A stretch of 64,000 nt of DNA, taken from contig NC_088797.1 of NCBI RefSeq assembly GCF_011386835.1, forward strand, positions 15,810,001 to 15,874,000, given 5' to 3'. This document shows positions 47,892 to 61,300 of the stretch, one piece after another. Made by a program: the position numbers and the translations under genes. Position 1 is the first letter of the stretch, and each line of letters begins with the position of its first letter. Below the pieces are notes generated by a model, which was not told the origin of the DNA, searched no databases, and saw nothing but the letters and a program-made list of their open reading frames with translations. This DNA is from Chrysemys picta bellii (Eukaryota).

Positions 47892-49955
47892 TGTGTACGT
47901 ACATACGTACGTACCCAAGAAAAAACAACAATCCTAGACATCATCCTAATTCATTTCATTTTGATGGAGGGAATAAAAAGGGGGTGAGGAATTGAAACGT
48001 TTGGTCAATTTATTTTTCAGTTTTAATAGGCCAGGAGAGGGATGCACGACTGCAAAGCTGTCTGACCAGGATTAAAACGGGACAGAGAAGGAAAACATTT
48101 CACCCTCCTATCCAGTAAGTCAGATTTACCCCTGGTGTTTAAAATTTCTTTTGCTATTTTACGTAAATTCATGTATTTCTCTGTAGCTTTCTGGATAGAG
48201 TAGAGTTCCTAACAATTCCCAAAGGCTGGGTTCAGGAGGTGAGGTGTTCAGAGTGTATGCTTTTTGAGTTGACAATTAATTAAAACGAACGAAAAGATTT
48301 CTCCCTTGCCCCCCTCCCCTTCTTGTTCATGCAGCTCTTTTGATTAGTGACTGGACATCTTTTGCGTGCATGCACACAAAAAAGGCAGGCATGTCATTGC
48401 AATGGAGATGAATGGCAAACGTTAGCATTAAAAGGAGCCCGTGACAAAGCCTGCTATTCTGTTACCTGGCTGTGATTGGAAATAGAGTTGAGAATTTTTA
48501 AAGAGTGAGTTGAAAGCCATAATATGCCAGTGAAAATAAACTAGAGGGATCTGTGAGAAATATAGCAAGGGGGAAAAAATCATTGTTATGGTTCCTTAGA
48601 GAGGCATGGTATCAGGAGCCAGAAACTAGAACTCTAATTCTGATTCTAATTCTCACTGTGGACATGGAGAAGTTGTTAACCCTTTCTGTGCCTGTTTCCC
48701 CATCTGTAGAACAAAGCTATTAATGCTTCAAACCACACATGGGTATTGTGAAAATTCCATATCGGTACACTGCTTTGAAGGTGAAATGTGCAAAATGAAA
48801 GCTAATTATCATCAGGGCAATTTATCTGCCTTACAAGGGAGTGACTTACCAGGAGTTAGATGTGTGTGGGGGGTTCTATTCCTGGCTGTGCCACTGCCTC
48901 GCTGGGTGACCTTGAGCGAGTCACTTCACTTGTCTGTGCCCCATTTGTAAACAATGAAGAACGATGCTTGTCAAGCGTGCTGAGATCTCTGGACAGAACA
49001 TGCTATGTAAGTGCTAAGCATTACTAACAAAGCAACCAGAAAATAATATTGACTAACACGTGTCATTATGAAATTGCTGAATGGCTGGAGCTTCCCATGC
49101 TATATCACTATCTGTTGGTGGCACCTCACTGCCTCTCTCTCTTTGTAATATAAGCACTAAGGTAATTCTCTTAAATTAAGGTTTATTCTACTATTGTTAC
49201 TGGTTTCTGCAAAATATGTTCTTGAGTCAAGGGAGAATTTACTACTAACATAGTAACACTGGATTGGGACTAGAGGTGCAATCTTAGGGTTTTATCCTGC
49301 CACTTGTCACTATGGTCTGAGTGCTTTCCATGGAGTAAACCTCAGTTGGGGATGTGGCAATATATTCTCATGTCTCTATATGTAGTTTGTTTTTCCTTTA
49401 TAGTGTGCACTGATTCTCTTTTGCCAACCCAAGTCCAGCTCAAGAACAGACAGCTATTTCCTCATTTTAATTAAAATGAAAGTCCCGCCCGGAAAGTTCT
49501 TCAATTGAATATGTAACAACAAAAGCACAACAAAAGAGGCGGGGAGGAAATCAACTCTGTCTGAACCATTGTAAAGTTGCCGGCAAATTAATCCATAGGG
49601 ACAAATGCAATTTTATTAGCTTCCGAATGCTTAAATCACGGTGCGTTGCTTTTCAGAATTTCCAGTTATAAAATACCCTAACACTGTACAACTATACGTT
49701 GGACAGGTTCTCATTATAAATAACGTTTGGTTGTCACCTCTGCATGTCAGTACAAAGCTGCTTTCCCCTCTTCACATCATCATTCATCTTGCTATAAAAT
49801 GCAGCATTGTCTTAATGTTTAATTAAAAGCCATTTTTAGTAGTCAAAGGTCCTCTCCGTTTTGCCTATGATAGAAGAGATGTGTCTGAGCAGGCACTATG
49901 TATAATCTCCTGTGGCTGAAATCAACCCACATATGGCTTTTCCCACTATCTAAGC

Positions 49956-51068
49956 CAGGGGTAGGCAACCTTTCAGAAGTGGTGTGCCCAGTCTTCATTT
50001 ATTCACTCTAATTTAAGGTTTCACGTGCCGGTAATATATTTTAACATTTTTAGAAGGTCTCTTTCTATAAGTCTATATTATATAACTACACTATTGTATG
50101 TAAAGTAAACAAGGTTTTCAAAATGTTTAAGAAGCGTCATTTAAAATTAAATTAAAATGCTGATCTTATGCCACCAGCCTGTTCAGCTCGCTGCCAGGCT
50201 GGGGTTCTAGTCACCTAGGCCGGCAGCGGGCTGACAGGGCCTATGGCCGGGACCCCAGACCTGGGGGCGGTGGTGTTTCAGGGGTCAGGGAAGAGGGCTG
50301 GGGGAGGGGGTTCAGGGCAGAAGGCTGGGGTGTGTGTGGGGGTTCAGGGATCAGGGCAGAGGGCTGGGGATGTGTGGGGGTGCAGGGCAGAAGGCCGGGT
50401 GTGTGTTGGGGTGTGGGGGGGTTCAGGGCAGAAGTCTGGGTGTGTGTTGGGGTGTGGGAGGTTCAGGGCAGAGGGCTGGGTGTATGGGGGGTGCAGGGCA
50501 GATTGATGGGGCTGTGGGGGTGCAGGGCAGAAGGCTGGGTGTGTGTTGGGGGGTTCAGGGCAGAGATAAGGCTGTGGGGGTGCAGGGCAGAAGGCTGGGG
50601 GTGTGTTGGGGTGCGGGGGGTTCAGGGCAGAGGGCTGGGGTGCTCGGCTCGTGGGGGTGCTCCCAGCCCCCTGCCCTGAGCGGCTCATGGCAGGGGGCTG
50701 GGAGGGATATGCCCTGTTCCACCCCCTTCCCCCAGGCTCCGTCCCTAACTCTATCTGTCTCCTCTACGGAGCTGTGTGCACGCTGCCACTCTTCCCCCTC
50801 CCCCTCCACCTCGCTAGGGCCATCAGCTGATTGGCGCAGGGATGGAGAGGAGGCGGGGCAGGAAAGCACTGCTGGGGGAAGAAGAGGGGGAGGGGGGAAG
50901 CTTGGCTGCTGCAGAACCAAGCTTCTGTCTCCTGCCCCCGCAGGGGAGAGCGGTGGGCGGGGGGCCTGAGTGGGGCTGGGGGCCGGGACCGCGGCAGGGA
51001 GCTGCGTGCTACTCAAAATCGGCTTGTGTGCCGTGTTTGGCATGTGTGCCGTAGGTTGCTGACCCCTG
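49956..51068. mobile_element. hAT (Charlie-like) non-autonomous element with internal minisatellite
   Basis: TIRs caggggtaggcaacct / aggttgctgacccctg; perfect TSD atctaagc. Its left ~210 bp match the reverse complement of the right part of 37044-37354. Confidence 0.93.
50275..50645. repeat. G-rich minisatellite (~30-40 bp, core gggggttcagggcagagggctggg) inside the hAT element
   Basis: About 11 imperfect copies seen directly. Confidence 0.9.
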
Positions 51069-51349
51069 ATCTAAGCCTTATGTTGCTTCTCTGTATAATA
51101 TCTCACTCGTCCCAGATCAGCTTGTGTGGCTACTGTAGCTGGATTTAAATCCTCTGCATTGTGGGATGCAAATTGCCTGCAGGTGTTCTCATATTCCACT
51201 GCTCATTGTGTGTGTTGTGTTTTCCCCCGTCCGATGCCTGATCCACAGAGGATACGAATCTGCTACAGCACCCAGCTAGGGGACTTGTTCTTTTGGCTCA
51301 AGCTCTAGAGGCTCATGCTCTGAGCTCCAGAGGTCCAAGTTTCCCTGGG

Positions 51350-51562
51350 AGCTTCCCTGATCACACGTGCACCTAGGGGCTGCAGGGACATGCCAGCCAC
51401 TTCCAGAAGCTGCGCAGAGCCAGGGTAGGCAGGGAGCCTGCCTTAGCCCCGCTGCGCCGCCGGCCAGACTTTTAACAGCCCAGTCAGCGGTGCTAACCGG
51501 AGCTGCTAGGGTCCCTTTTTGACCGGGTGTTCTGGTCGAAAACCAGATGCCTGGCAACCCTA
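51350..51562. mobile_element. hAT-like fragment with one end (…ctggcaacccta)
   Basis: TAGGGTTGCCA-type terminus on the minus strand; the other end was not found. Confidence 0.55.
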
Positions 51563-51988
51563 CTCAATTATGGCATTAGACTATGTAAAACTCAGCCTTC
51601 CTGTTTAGCGAGCTTAACCTTGAGCTCTGCTTCAGAACCACAGTAGCATGCTAACTCTTAGAGCATTCCGGACTGTTGTTGTTTGTTGTCTTTGTAGGAA
51701 TAAAAACAGATTAGTGTTTCATAAAGTAACCATGCTCTGAAGCACAAATGGCACATTTAAAAAGCAACACCAGAATGGAATCTAATAGAACATGAACTTC
51801 AGTAGGGTGAATCAGTCAGTCTGTGTAATATGCATCTCTATCAGAGCATCTAAAAATGTACTGCTTATCCTAAACTCTTGCAGTCACTTCCTTTAAAATA
51901 ATTAGATTCCATGCAAACTTAAGTCAAAAAACTGGTATCCTCCCCAGGATTCTCAAAAATGTGCTGCACAGAATTGGCTAAATGTACT

Positions 51989-52595
51989 GGTAATGGGGTG
52001 GACTCCCCACACTAGTCCTGCAAGAGCTGAATTAAGCCAGCTGGGCCCAATCAGGTAATTAGGCTGGGGGCAGCTAATTAAGGTCAGTATCACCAGTGCA
52101 GGAACAAGCAGGGCAGATAGCTGCCTCCTGAGATGGGGGCTGTTGTTGGAAAAGGCTGCAGCCACTTCCTGAGTGGAGGGATTTGGAAAGCTGACAAACC
52201 CAGAAAGAGGGGAAGCCAGATAAGTAGGAAGAAGCTCAGGGAAACAGCAAAAAGGGATAGGACCATGCAGAGGCCTTGGCTGCTTGTTATAGGGAGCTAT
52301 GGAAGTGTACAGGGCATGCCTGGGTTCCCCTACCAGACACCAGGGAGCGACAACAGCATTGGAGACACCAGGCAGACAGTGGGTCTGGAAGGACTTTGAT
52401 TTCCCTGAAAGGGCAGGACATTAGTGACCTGGTTGGAGGGCTAAGCTGCAAAGAGGAGACTGCAGTCCCTGGAGTGAGAGGGCCGCAGGGTGAGACAGCA
52501 CAGGGGAAGATGCTGCTGGGCGGAGGAGTACAATGGCTGGCAAAGCTAATTCCCAGAGCAGGTGGCACCGTTAGCGGTGAGTATATCCTGTGACA
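51989..52595. mobile_element. Degraded solo LTR
   Basis: (g)gtaatggggt...cctgtgaca ends, degenerate flanks gtact/gtatc, and an internal ccaatcaggtaattagg...ctaattaa motif resembling the LTR at 1927-2273. Confidence 0.6.
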
Positions 52596-54064
52596 GTATC
52601 ATGTTGGTGGTTTTAATACCTTTAGGTTCCAGCTTCTGCTACTGCATTTTTTTATAGAAAATTGTAATAGTCTTGGGGTTCATTAAATAACAAACCAGTG
52701 AAAGAGAAAGGAATAAAATTGTAATAGGCATGCAATGTTCCCAACCCCTACCGTCAGGGCACATCTGCAAATTCCTATGTTCATAATATGGTCCCTTATG
52801 AGGGAGGGTCTCTAAATTATAATCTTTAACAATATATCTCTACAAAAAATATACTGTAGAAGCTCAGCATATAGACAGGACTGGGATTTTACTGCAGTAT
52901 CTAGCCAAAGGAAATGGGTGGTTGTGCAGGAGAAGTCTGTATTTGGACACACACATCCTTTATCATTTTAACAAGGGAAATAAAAGGAAGGTGGGGGTGG
53001 GGCGGTAGTGGAGGATTGGCCACTTTTCTTTTGTTGAAAAAATTAGTCTCCTTTTGCAAACTTGATCTACTGTGAAGGCCATTTCCTCAACAAGAGTTCT
53101 AAGGGTTTTTCTGAATTATGGCTACGTTAGTTATTTCCACGGTATTGATGACTGTATGTAACTCGGACATAGAAAACCAAAACAGAGCCACTGATGAATT
53201 GTGAAAAAGGTAATCAAAATGAGTTAATGGCTGTGAATACATTTCCTTCCACTAGGCCTTGTATTTATGTAACAGGGTTTTTAAATATCAGATTATTTGG
53301 AGGCCTTTTGTTAGTTATTGTCTTTTGGCGCACTTTCCATTCACTTCCACCAGGATGCACATTGGCTCTTTTTACTGGTTGTGTTGTATTCTGTTCTACA
53401 GGATGAATCCTAGTGCTCTTATTCAGGCAAAAACTCACATTGAAGCAAATCTGCCTTTCAAAAAGTGGGGAGCCCAAGACTTAATGAATCTAAACTAAAA
53501 CCTAATTCAAGTCATAATCTGGTCTCCATGGCACCATAGTTAGCTGCACCGAAGCAGATGTAAACATTTATCCAAGGGCAGGGAAGGACCTGCTGGAGGT
53601 GGAGTCAACTCCCCAGGAGCAGTAGCCACTTCCCCAGCAACAGCCAGGAGCAGGGAAAGGTCCACCTGACCCTCCCCTCTAGACCTACAATGCCTCAGAA
53701 TGCCAGAGGTGGTGACAGGCTGCTGTTCATAATTGGAGCCTTATGCATTTTCTATCTGCTTCCTTGGTCATTTACCCTGACCACCTCTCTCTTCCTCACA
53801 ATCTCTCTGCTGGTAGTTTTTCTAGTCATCCTTTTCTCCTCCTCTCCCCCCAGCTGTTGTACCTCTTTACTCATCCCATTTACCATTTCCTGTCCTTGTA
53901 ATAAAGTGTTGGTGTCACTAGGCATAGCTACCAGGTAACTCGGGAGAGTGGAAGGCCAAAAGTGCCGATGAAGCTCTTCTGCTCTGGGTCTGTGAGCCAC
54001 AGTGACTCCATCTTGTGAACTCTCACCTACTTCTGTGTTAACTGCTTACATGCTGAAGCACAAA

Positions 54065-54474
54065 TGTAAGGGTCAGCTTTTCTAGCAGACAGCTGTAGTT
54101 TTGTTCACACTAGCAAAACTTGTAGAGATAAGACAGGGGAAGACTGCTGCACAGGCCTTGCAAGGCCAAGAGATAAGCAGGTGAAGGGAAAGTTTCTAAC
54201 ATGCACACTGTGTACCTGCTGTAACTGTTGTCTGGAAGGGAGGGGTAAGGGTGAAATAGACAAAGGCTTGCACAGAAACGGCTTGGATTATAAAAGGGAA
54301 AATTGTATTTGTATGTGCTGCACTTGATTTGAGACATGCTGGTCTCCTAGTGCCATTTCAGAGCTCTGAAATAAACTTGGCTTGCTTTCTCCCCTCGGTG
54401 TCTTTATTGGTGCCAAGCACTCCGGGCAACGAACCTTGTTTGCCATCTCGGGGCCCAGTTCTGGGCAGGCAACA
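54065..54474 (+). mobile_element. ERV-type solo LTR
   Basis: TG...CA ends; TATAAAA at 54289 and AATAAA at 54370 in U3-R-U5 order; TSD only partly matches (caaa/aaag). Confidence 0.7.
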
Positions 54475-54763
54475 AAAGGAATGGTCCTCATTGCCAACTT
54501 GGTCACTTTGTATGCTGCACCCCTTTGCTTCCATGTTGTATCCCTTTGTGTTCCGTCCTTTTACACTATGAGCACTTCAGGACAGGAACTGTCATTGAGA
54601 ATGTTTGTACAGTGCCCAGGCACAGAGAAGTACCAGTCCTGATTGAGACCTTTGGGTGGAGCTGTCCTAAATAATGACAAAGGAATGTTTTATGTACAGC
54701 ACAGGGTCAGGAATAAGAATGCCATACATGTAACATCCCTGATCCAAAGAGCTTACATTCTAA

Positions 54764-54835
54764 GGCCCTGATCCAGAGCCTATTAAAGTCAATGAAAAGA
54801 GTCACACTGACTTCAATGGAATTTGCATCTGGCCC
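54764..54835. mobile_element. 72-bp palindromic Harbinger-type (Chompy-like) MITE
   Basis: ggccctgatcca...aagtcaatg/tgacttcaatg...atctggccc; TAA on both sides. Confidence 0.65.
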
Positions 54836-54861
54836 TAAAGGGCCAATGTGGGACAACGTGT

Positions 54862-54864
<3 letters not shown>

Positions 54865-54894
<30 letters not shown>
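54865..54894. repeat. (TG)n microsatellite
   Basis: Seen directly in the sequence. Confidence 0.95.
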
Positions 54895-54904
<10 letters not shown>

Positions 54905-56652
54905 ATATAAAATAAACTGGATATGGGTCTAAACTGTGCAGTCTAGGTCTGGATCCAAATATTCTCAAAGCCCAACATTCAACGGACCAGGCATGGTGTA
55001 GATTGCAAAGCTTAAAAGCGTTGCATATACAGTGTCCTACCATTAGGAATTAGCAGCAAGAGTCAATGAATCATAAATAATCTTTTATTCATGTAAAAAG
55101 TATCCCCAGTAATCAAAAATGGTCAAGGAAAGTATTGTGGTCTGTAAAGAAAATTACTTAAACTCTTTGAGAAAAGACTAGTGAATATTTAAGATGCCAA
55201 TACAAAAATCAAGTGACATTTAAGAAATTTAATTTACTCTCCTTTCTCATATCTTGTAGGTTCCTTAGAAGAGATAATACTTTAGTCATAAATTATGAAT
55301 GACATTGCTTCACCTCTATCATGCAGTATGTCTACATGCACCAGCTGCCCACTGATAACTACCCAAATAGCAGGGGCAGCCATAAAATGTTTTATGGAGA
55401 GCACTGAGAAAATACAAAGTGTCTACCCAAACTACATCTATTTATTTTTTCTAATCTTAGAGCCATGATCCAGAAGACTGATAATAATCCAGGAATTAAT
55501 TTGTACCTTTTACACAATGCCAACTTACTTTCTTCCAGCTTGTCAAACAGCTTTTGGATGTATTGTGTTTGTTGTATGCCTCACTAGTTTCTTTCCAACT
55601 AGGGGACTGCATATTTATTTTTACTTTCCACCTTTGAGCATTGAATTTGACTTAGTGAAGCATATTTGACGGTTTGATTTTAGCACACCAGGACTGCAAA
55701 TCTCAGCGATAATTTGGAATCGAGATAATTTTTCTACCATTGGCTTCACCCCCTAGGTGGCATAAAACTGCCAGTCAAAGAAATTCAGGAGTTTTCCACT
55801 CTATCACAGATAAACCAAATTTCACAGTATATAAATATCTGAGCTGTAAAATCAGAGCTCCAGAAACTCACGAGGCTGCATATTTACTAAGTTGAGTCCT
55901 AAATTTCAAATGTCTAGACAATTTCTGAATTATGAATTTGAGGAGAGTTAGTTTCTCATGTTTGGACCAATTATTATACGGACCTTGATTTAGGGGGACA
56001 TATAGAACCGACAAAGTAATGCAGTAGTTACATTAAAATATATCACTCAGTATTGCATATACAGTTATTAATTCTTGATGTATAGACCTATCCAGTCCCT
56101 AGGACATTTTACATGCTACCTGCTCTTAGTTTAATTAATATTGCTTCGTAATCCAAATGAGTTTGTCTTGATATACCCAGGAATGAGAGAGAGACGATAT
56201 CAGTGATAAATGACATTGGGACTTATCTGAAGAATTTCACTGAAACAAATTTCAAACACAAACTGTTGTAAAGGTAACCTTCTGAGTTTGAAAATCTCCC
56301 CCGTTGTTTCTTTTTGGTTAACTTAGGTGTACGCTGTTGGACATGTTTGCTTGTAACTGTTCATTTAAAAAAAACTTGATGTGCGCTCATGTGCACATGC
56401 TGAGTTAGGCTACATTGTGTGTGCTAAAGCTGAAAACCTGACCCATTAGCTTTAAAAGGAGTGAACTGCACCCTTCACCTGTATTGGTGTTGTCTCTGAA
56501 GCCTATTGATGACCACTTAAATGTCAATTCTGATAGTTTTGGCAGAAACCTTCAGTTACTCTGGAATTATTTACAGATCTTGAGTGGGATACTATTGTAA
56601 ACCCTCCCTAACCTGATTCCTGGACCTTCTCAGTGTCCAGTTATAACAGCGT

Positions 56653-56692
56653 GTATAATTTTCCTTCATAAAGTATAATTTTCCTTCATAAA
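56653..56692. repeat. Perfect 20-bp tandem duplication
   Basis: gtataattttccttcataaa occurs twice in tandem. Confidence 0.95.
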
Positions 56693-58110
56693 GAATTTAT
56701 ATCTTCAACAACACAGCACTCCCTACCAAAATGCTAGAGCACTTCTTCAGTAGTGATTCATATGAACCTCCAGTATTACTTCCTAGACCACTGAGTGGTC
56801 CCATTTAAAAAAAAAAATTCTGCTTAGATCTTAAGCTCACTATATAGTGAAGTATGGATGCTGAAACTAAAGATTGTCCGATTTTAAAGATTTCCATGTC
56901 CTTTGGTTTTTCTCTTATCTAAATTTCAGAGATGTTGATTCTTTTGTTCTAACTGAATGTTTTTAATAGGCAAACTAATGTCTAGTATTAGTATGTTTCT
57001 GTTGTCTTTTAACTCATGAATGCTTATCTGATTCCAAAACGGTGAAATTCCATGAGAACCTACCTGAACTCTTTATGAAAAAAATCACTTTTTTCTATTA
57101 GTTACAAATCTCTGTGCATGCAGCCATGCATAGGAACTAGAGCTGGGTGAAATTTTTGGTCAAATACTTTTTTTTTTTTCACTGAAAAATGCAGATTTGG
57201 GTTGACTAACTGAAGAAATTTACAAATTTGGGTTGAATTCACTGAATAGTTTCAGTCCCCCAACTGTCCCTACCCAAAATATAGAAACGTTTTATTTCAA
57301 CATTTTTTAAATGAATGTTTTTTTTTTTAAATTTAGAATGCCTTTCTGCTTTGAACTTTACTTCAGTTTTATTAAAAAAAAGTAGTGGGTCAAATTATCC
57401 TGGCTCTATCAATATCAATGGGAATTTTGAGAGGGAATGTTACACAATTGGCTGGATTCCTATTCTCTGCTGCTTTCATCTGATAATGGTCTCAACTCAT
57501 GAAGCAGAAACTCCCCACAGAATACATAAAAGATTTGACTCTCCAATGCCTTGCACCTCTGCAAATTACTACTGTTTTTTTATTTGGAAGCACTTTATGC
57601 TCATATTGCACCATTGAAAATATCCTTTTGAATCAATAGTATCACTTCATGCCCCCTCTGCACTCATTTTGCACAGGTCTGAGTGACTACACAACGTACA
57701 AGGCGTGGAGAATCAGGCCACAATATGCGTTACTGGATAGGACTGAGAACTTGACTGCAACATCTGGGATCAATTATGGTTTTGCTGCTGTTTGTCTTTA
57801 AGCAGGCAAACATGATAAGGGAACTGCTATCCTGCATAGTTCTGATGGTAGATAGTTCCTTTAATCCCCCTTTCTCCATGCCACTCACAAAATTCAGAAG
57901 GATTATTGCAGGTGCTAGACTACAGCCCAGGGCCTAGTAGCCCTATAATTTTGAAAACACTTTCATGGGTGAAGATGTCAGTTTTTGAATTATCATTTTT
58001 CAGCTACACTAAAAGGCACAGCACATTAATCGTCTCCGCATTAACTAATAGCTAGTGTTCCCCAGCCCATCGCTTAACAGGTGCTAACACTTTCAATCCT
58101 AAACCAAGTA

Positions 58111-58304
58111 CACCTCTACCCCGATATAACGCGACCCAATATAACACGAATTCGGATATAACGCGGTAAAGCAGTGCTCCGGGGGGGGGGGGGGGGGGCG
58201 TACACTCCAGTGGATCAAAGCAAGTTCGATATAACGTGGTTTCACCTATAACGCGGTAAGAATTTTTTGGCTCCAGAGGACAGCGTTCTATCGGGGTAGA
58301 GGTG
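58111..58304. mobile_element. Young Tc1/mariner (Tigger-like) MITE
   Basis: TIRs CACCTCTACCCCGATATAACGC / GCGTTCTATCGGGGTAGAGGTG; TA TSD; internal gatataacgc repeats; many CpGs retained. Confidence 0.9.
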
Positions 58305-61300
58305 TATCACACTTCAGAGTTTCATTTTTTGTCCTCTTTGTCTCACTGAGTCAATAGCAGAACACCTTCTTTGTCCTCTGCTCTCACTTCTGGATAGACT
58401 TACTTCGCTATGCCACCTACAATGAAACAGAAATGACTGGGGCAAAAATAAACCAAAACCCCACTTATTTTTAATTAATCATAACAATCTAGCGGTGTGC
58501 TGTCCCATGTAGCCACATGAACTTGTGACCTTCATTCTACCTCCTGTTGTTAGTATGACAGACTTGAGCACAGCTTCTATTAAATTAAATTGTAAACTCT
58601 TTGGGCCAGAAACTTCCTATGTGTTTGTCAAATGCTTGGTGCAATGGTATCCTGGTAACAAGTATGACAGTGTAGGCCCTACTGCAGTACACAAAATGAA
58701 TAATGATTACTAAACACTAGTCTCATTAACTTTTTAATTGAAGGACTACTTCCAAAGACAGGTCTCTCTAAGCTAATTTTCCCCAGCTGATCCAAAAGTT
58801 GTTGAACTTGTCTTATTTTCCATACACGATGTAGAAAAATCATTAAATTTTTGTGGTTTTATGTCTGTTACCAGAGGAACAGATGCAATATTAGTCACTA
58901 GTACCACTCCTCTCCAAACTCCTCCAAATACATTAACTTAAAGGCTTTGGCTGCCAGGTCATCTGAGGCCATCTGAAATCAGGGCATATGACCCTTAGCT
59001 GGGCAATGGTTACTTAAACAAGAAAGATGGAGTTACTATACAAGATACTTCATTTCTGGTGCACTTAAATGCCACATTAATTTCTCGGCTATCCAGAAAT
59101 GTAATAATGGCACAGTCCCCTGGCAACGGAGGAGTTTACCAATAGGAATTGTTTGGCCCCCCTGAAAAGGGAACCAATAAAAAACAATGAAGAAGAAATA
59201 GAGCCCATGATCACTTTAAAATACTTCAGAAATTCCCTTTAGGCTAATGAACATTCTGCACACTATATTTCCATGCATTGTTTCTCTCTAAATTGAGTCA
59301 GTTGCTAAGTGTGTACAGATGAAGGAAGATCCCTGCTTTGTTCTGCATGATACCCAAAGGTGGATATAAAATAAGGTAGCCCTACCTTATTCAATGCACA
59401 CGTGAATCGGTCTTGTAGGATGAGGCAAGATACATAATTGGAGTTCCATGGTTCTTCTCTTTCTCCTCAATATTATCACTTTTTGGGGGGAGAATTGCAC
59501 TGTCCTCGTAATCCGGGTGTGGCTACTGATTTGTGACTAGGTTTCCTAATGGCAAAACTTACTAGCATGGTGATTTACATCAGGGAGCCAATTTAATCAT
59601 TGCCTTTGCATAAAATACCATGATGTCAGATATATGGCATGTATTTAAGAACTTGATAGAGCCCTGCAGTAGGTGTTAAACCCCTAATCAGCAAATTGTA
59701 TTGCGCCATCCTCTTCTTAATGCTAATGCAAATAGGACTAGGGATTTTCACTTTCCTAGTGGCTGTTATAAACTGCAGTAATTTAGTATTTCTTTTGTTG
59801 TTGTTGTTTACTTCACATGGAGTCAACTTCTGCCAGGTTTCTAAGTTGTAACAGCTTCCATTAAAGGAAGAAAGACAGAAATATTTACTGCCGATGTGAT
59901 TGTAGGTTAAAACTGAATGTATGATGTTCAGGAGAAAGGAATGCAGTGTGTCATCATTCATTTAAATGATAAAATGTCATTCTTCGTGAATGTGTCATTG
60001 TGACCAGCATCATTATTGGCTATATCTAATTTGACAGGTTGAGGGATTGAAAAAACCCCACAGAATGATGATTCTTCTTTCTAAATCTTTTGATTAATTT
60101 GACTTTGCAATTTGAAACTTTGCTGTTCATAACTGGCAGGCATGCCAGAGCATCGGACCATAGTTTTGGTAACTTTAGAATCTAAGGATCAGCTTCTGAG
60201 CTAAATTACCACTGTCCTATGTCTGATTAATGCCACTGACTTCAACATAGGGTGGGGGGGAAACTGAGTTGTGTGGGTCCTTGTCAGATCACTTCACCTA
60301 AATCAGTGGCAATCTGGGAATAGATCCTAGGTCTCTGACATCCTAACCTCTAGACCACACTATCTCCCCCAAATCTTCTCATGTTTAACATCAAATATGT
60401 GTAGCCAACTCACTCATAACCTAGATGATCAGTTACAAGACCGAGTTAATATCCACATAAAATACTTTGCCATTTTTTCCCACTTTTGGGATCTGTAGAA
60501 TATCAAATAGTGGGAGTGGTTTGTGAATAATTTATACAGCCAATATAAGGAAAACTTTGTCAAATTTAGACTTAACCAACCCTAATAAATATTCTGGATT
60601 TGGTAGTCTGTGACTTCTTAGTGTTTTACAATAATAGGTATTGATGATAACACTGTATCTTCTATTTGCGGCTATTCAATGTTCTACATTGCATCCTGGG
60701 ATATCTGTTTTTCATTCAGCACATGGCATTTATACTGTGTACGCGAAAATCTGATTTTTGCCTATGCCCCATTCACTTAGAAATACATGACACCTGCTCA
60801 AAATTATGCCCTTCTCTGAATGAATTGGGCCTCATGGGAATCTGAGTAACAAAGAAAACATCACTGAAATGACACTACGGTGACATTTTATTTCAAAGGG
60901 TGCGTAGCCTGAGCAGTGTTTCAGTAATGCTGTCCCACTGACTTGACTTCAGTTTCTGAATAAAATGTCTAAATAGTCATTCAGGTGTGTTATGAAAATT
61001 AAAGAAAAAGGCTTTATTTTTATACAGTACCTTTTTATATCATTAGCCTGAATTTCTGATTTTTCCGGAATAGATACATTCCATGCGCTAAATCATGGTT
61101 TTACTGAATTCCATGACACAACTCTGCTTGACTTCACTAGGGCCACATATGATTAACATACCAATAGTTGATTCCATAAAATTTTTCAGTTTTTTCCTCT
61201 GTCACCCCAAAAAAATTAAAAATCCCTTGTTTTTAAGCATTATTGGTTTAATATTTCCCAGAAGTCTTAAAGTAAACTTTGTCTTGAAAAACCTTATGTT

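Noticed and set aside
50243-51148. Gly/Val/Cys-rich and Pro-rich ORFs of 70-211 aa
   Set aside because: These are translations of the G-rich minisatellite and GC-rich body of a hAT element bounded by TIRs and a TSD.
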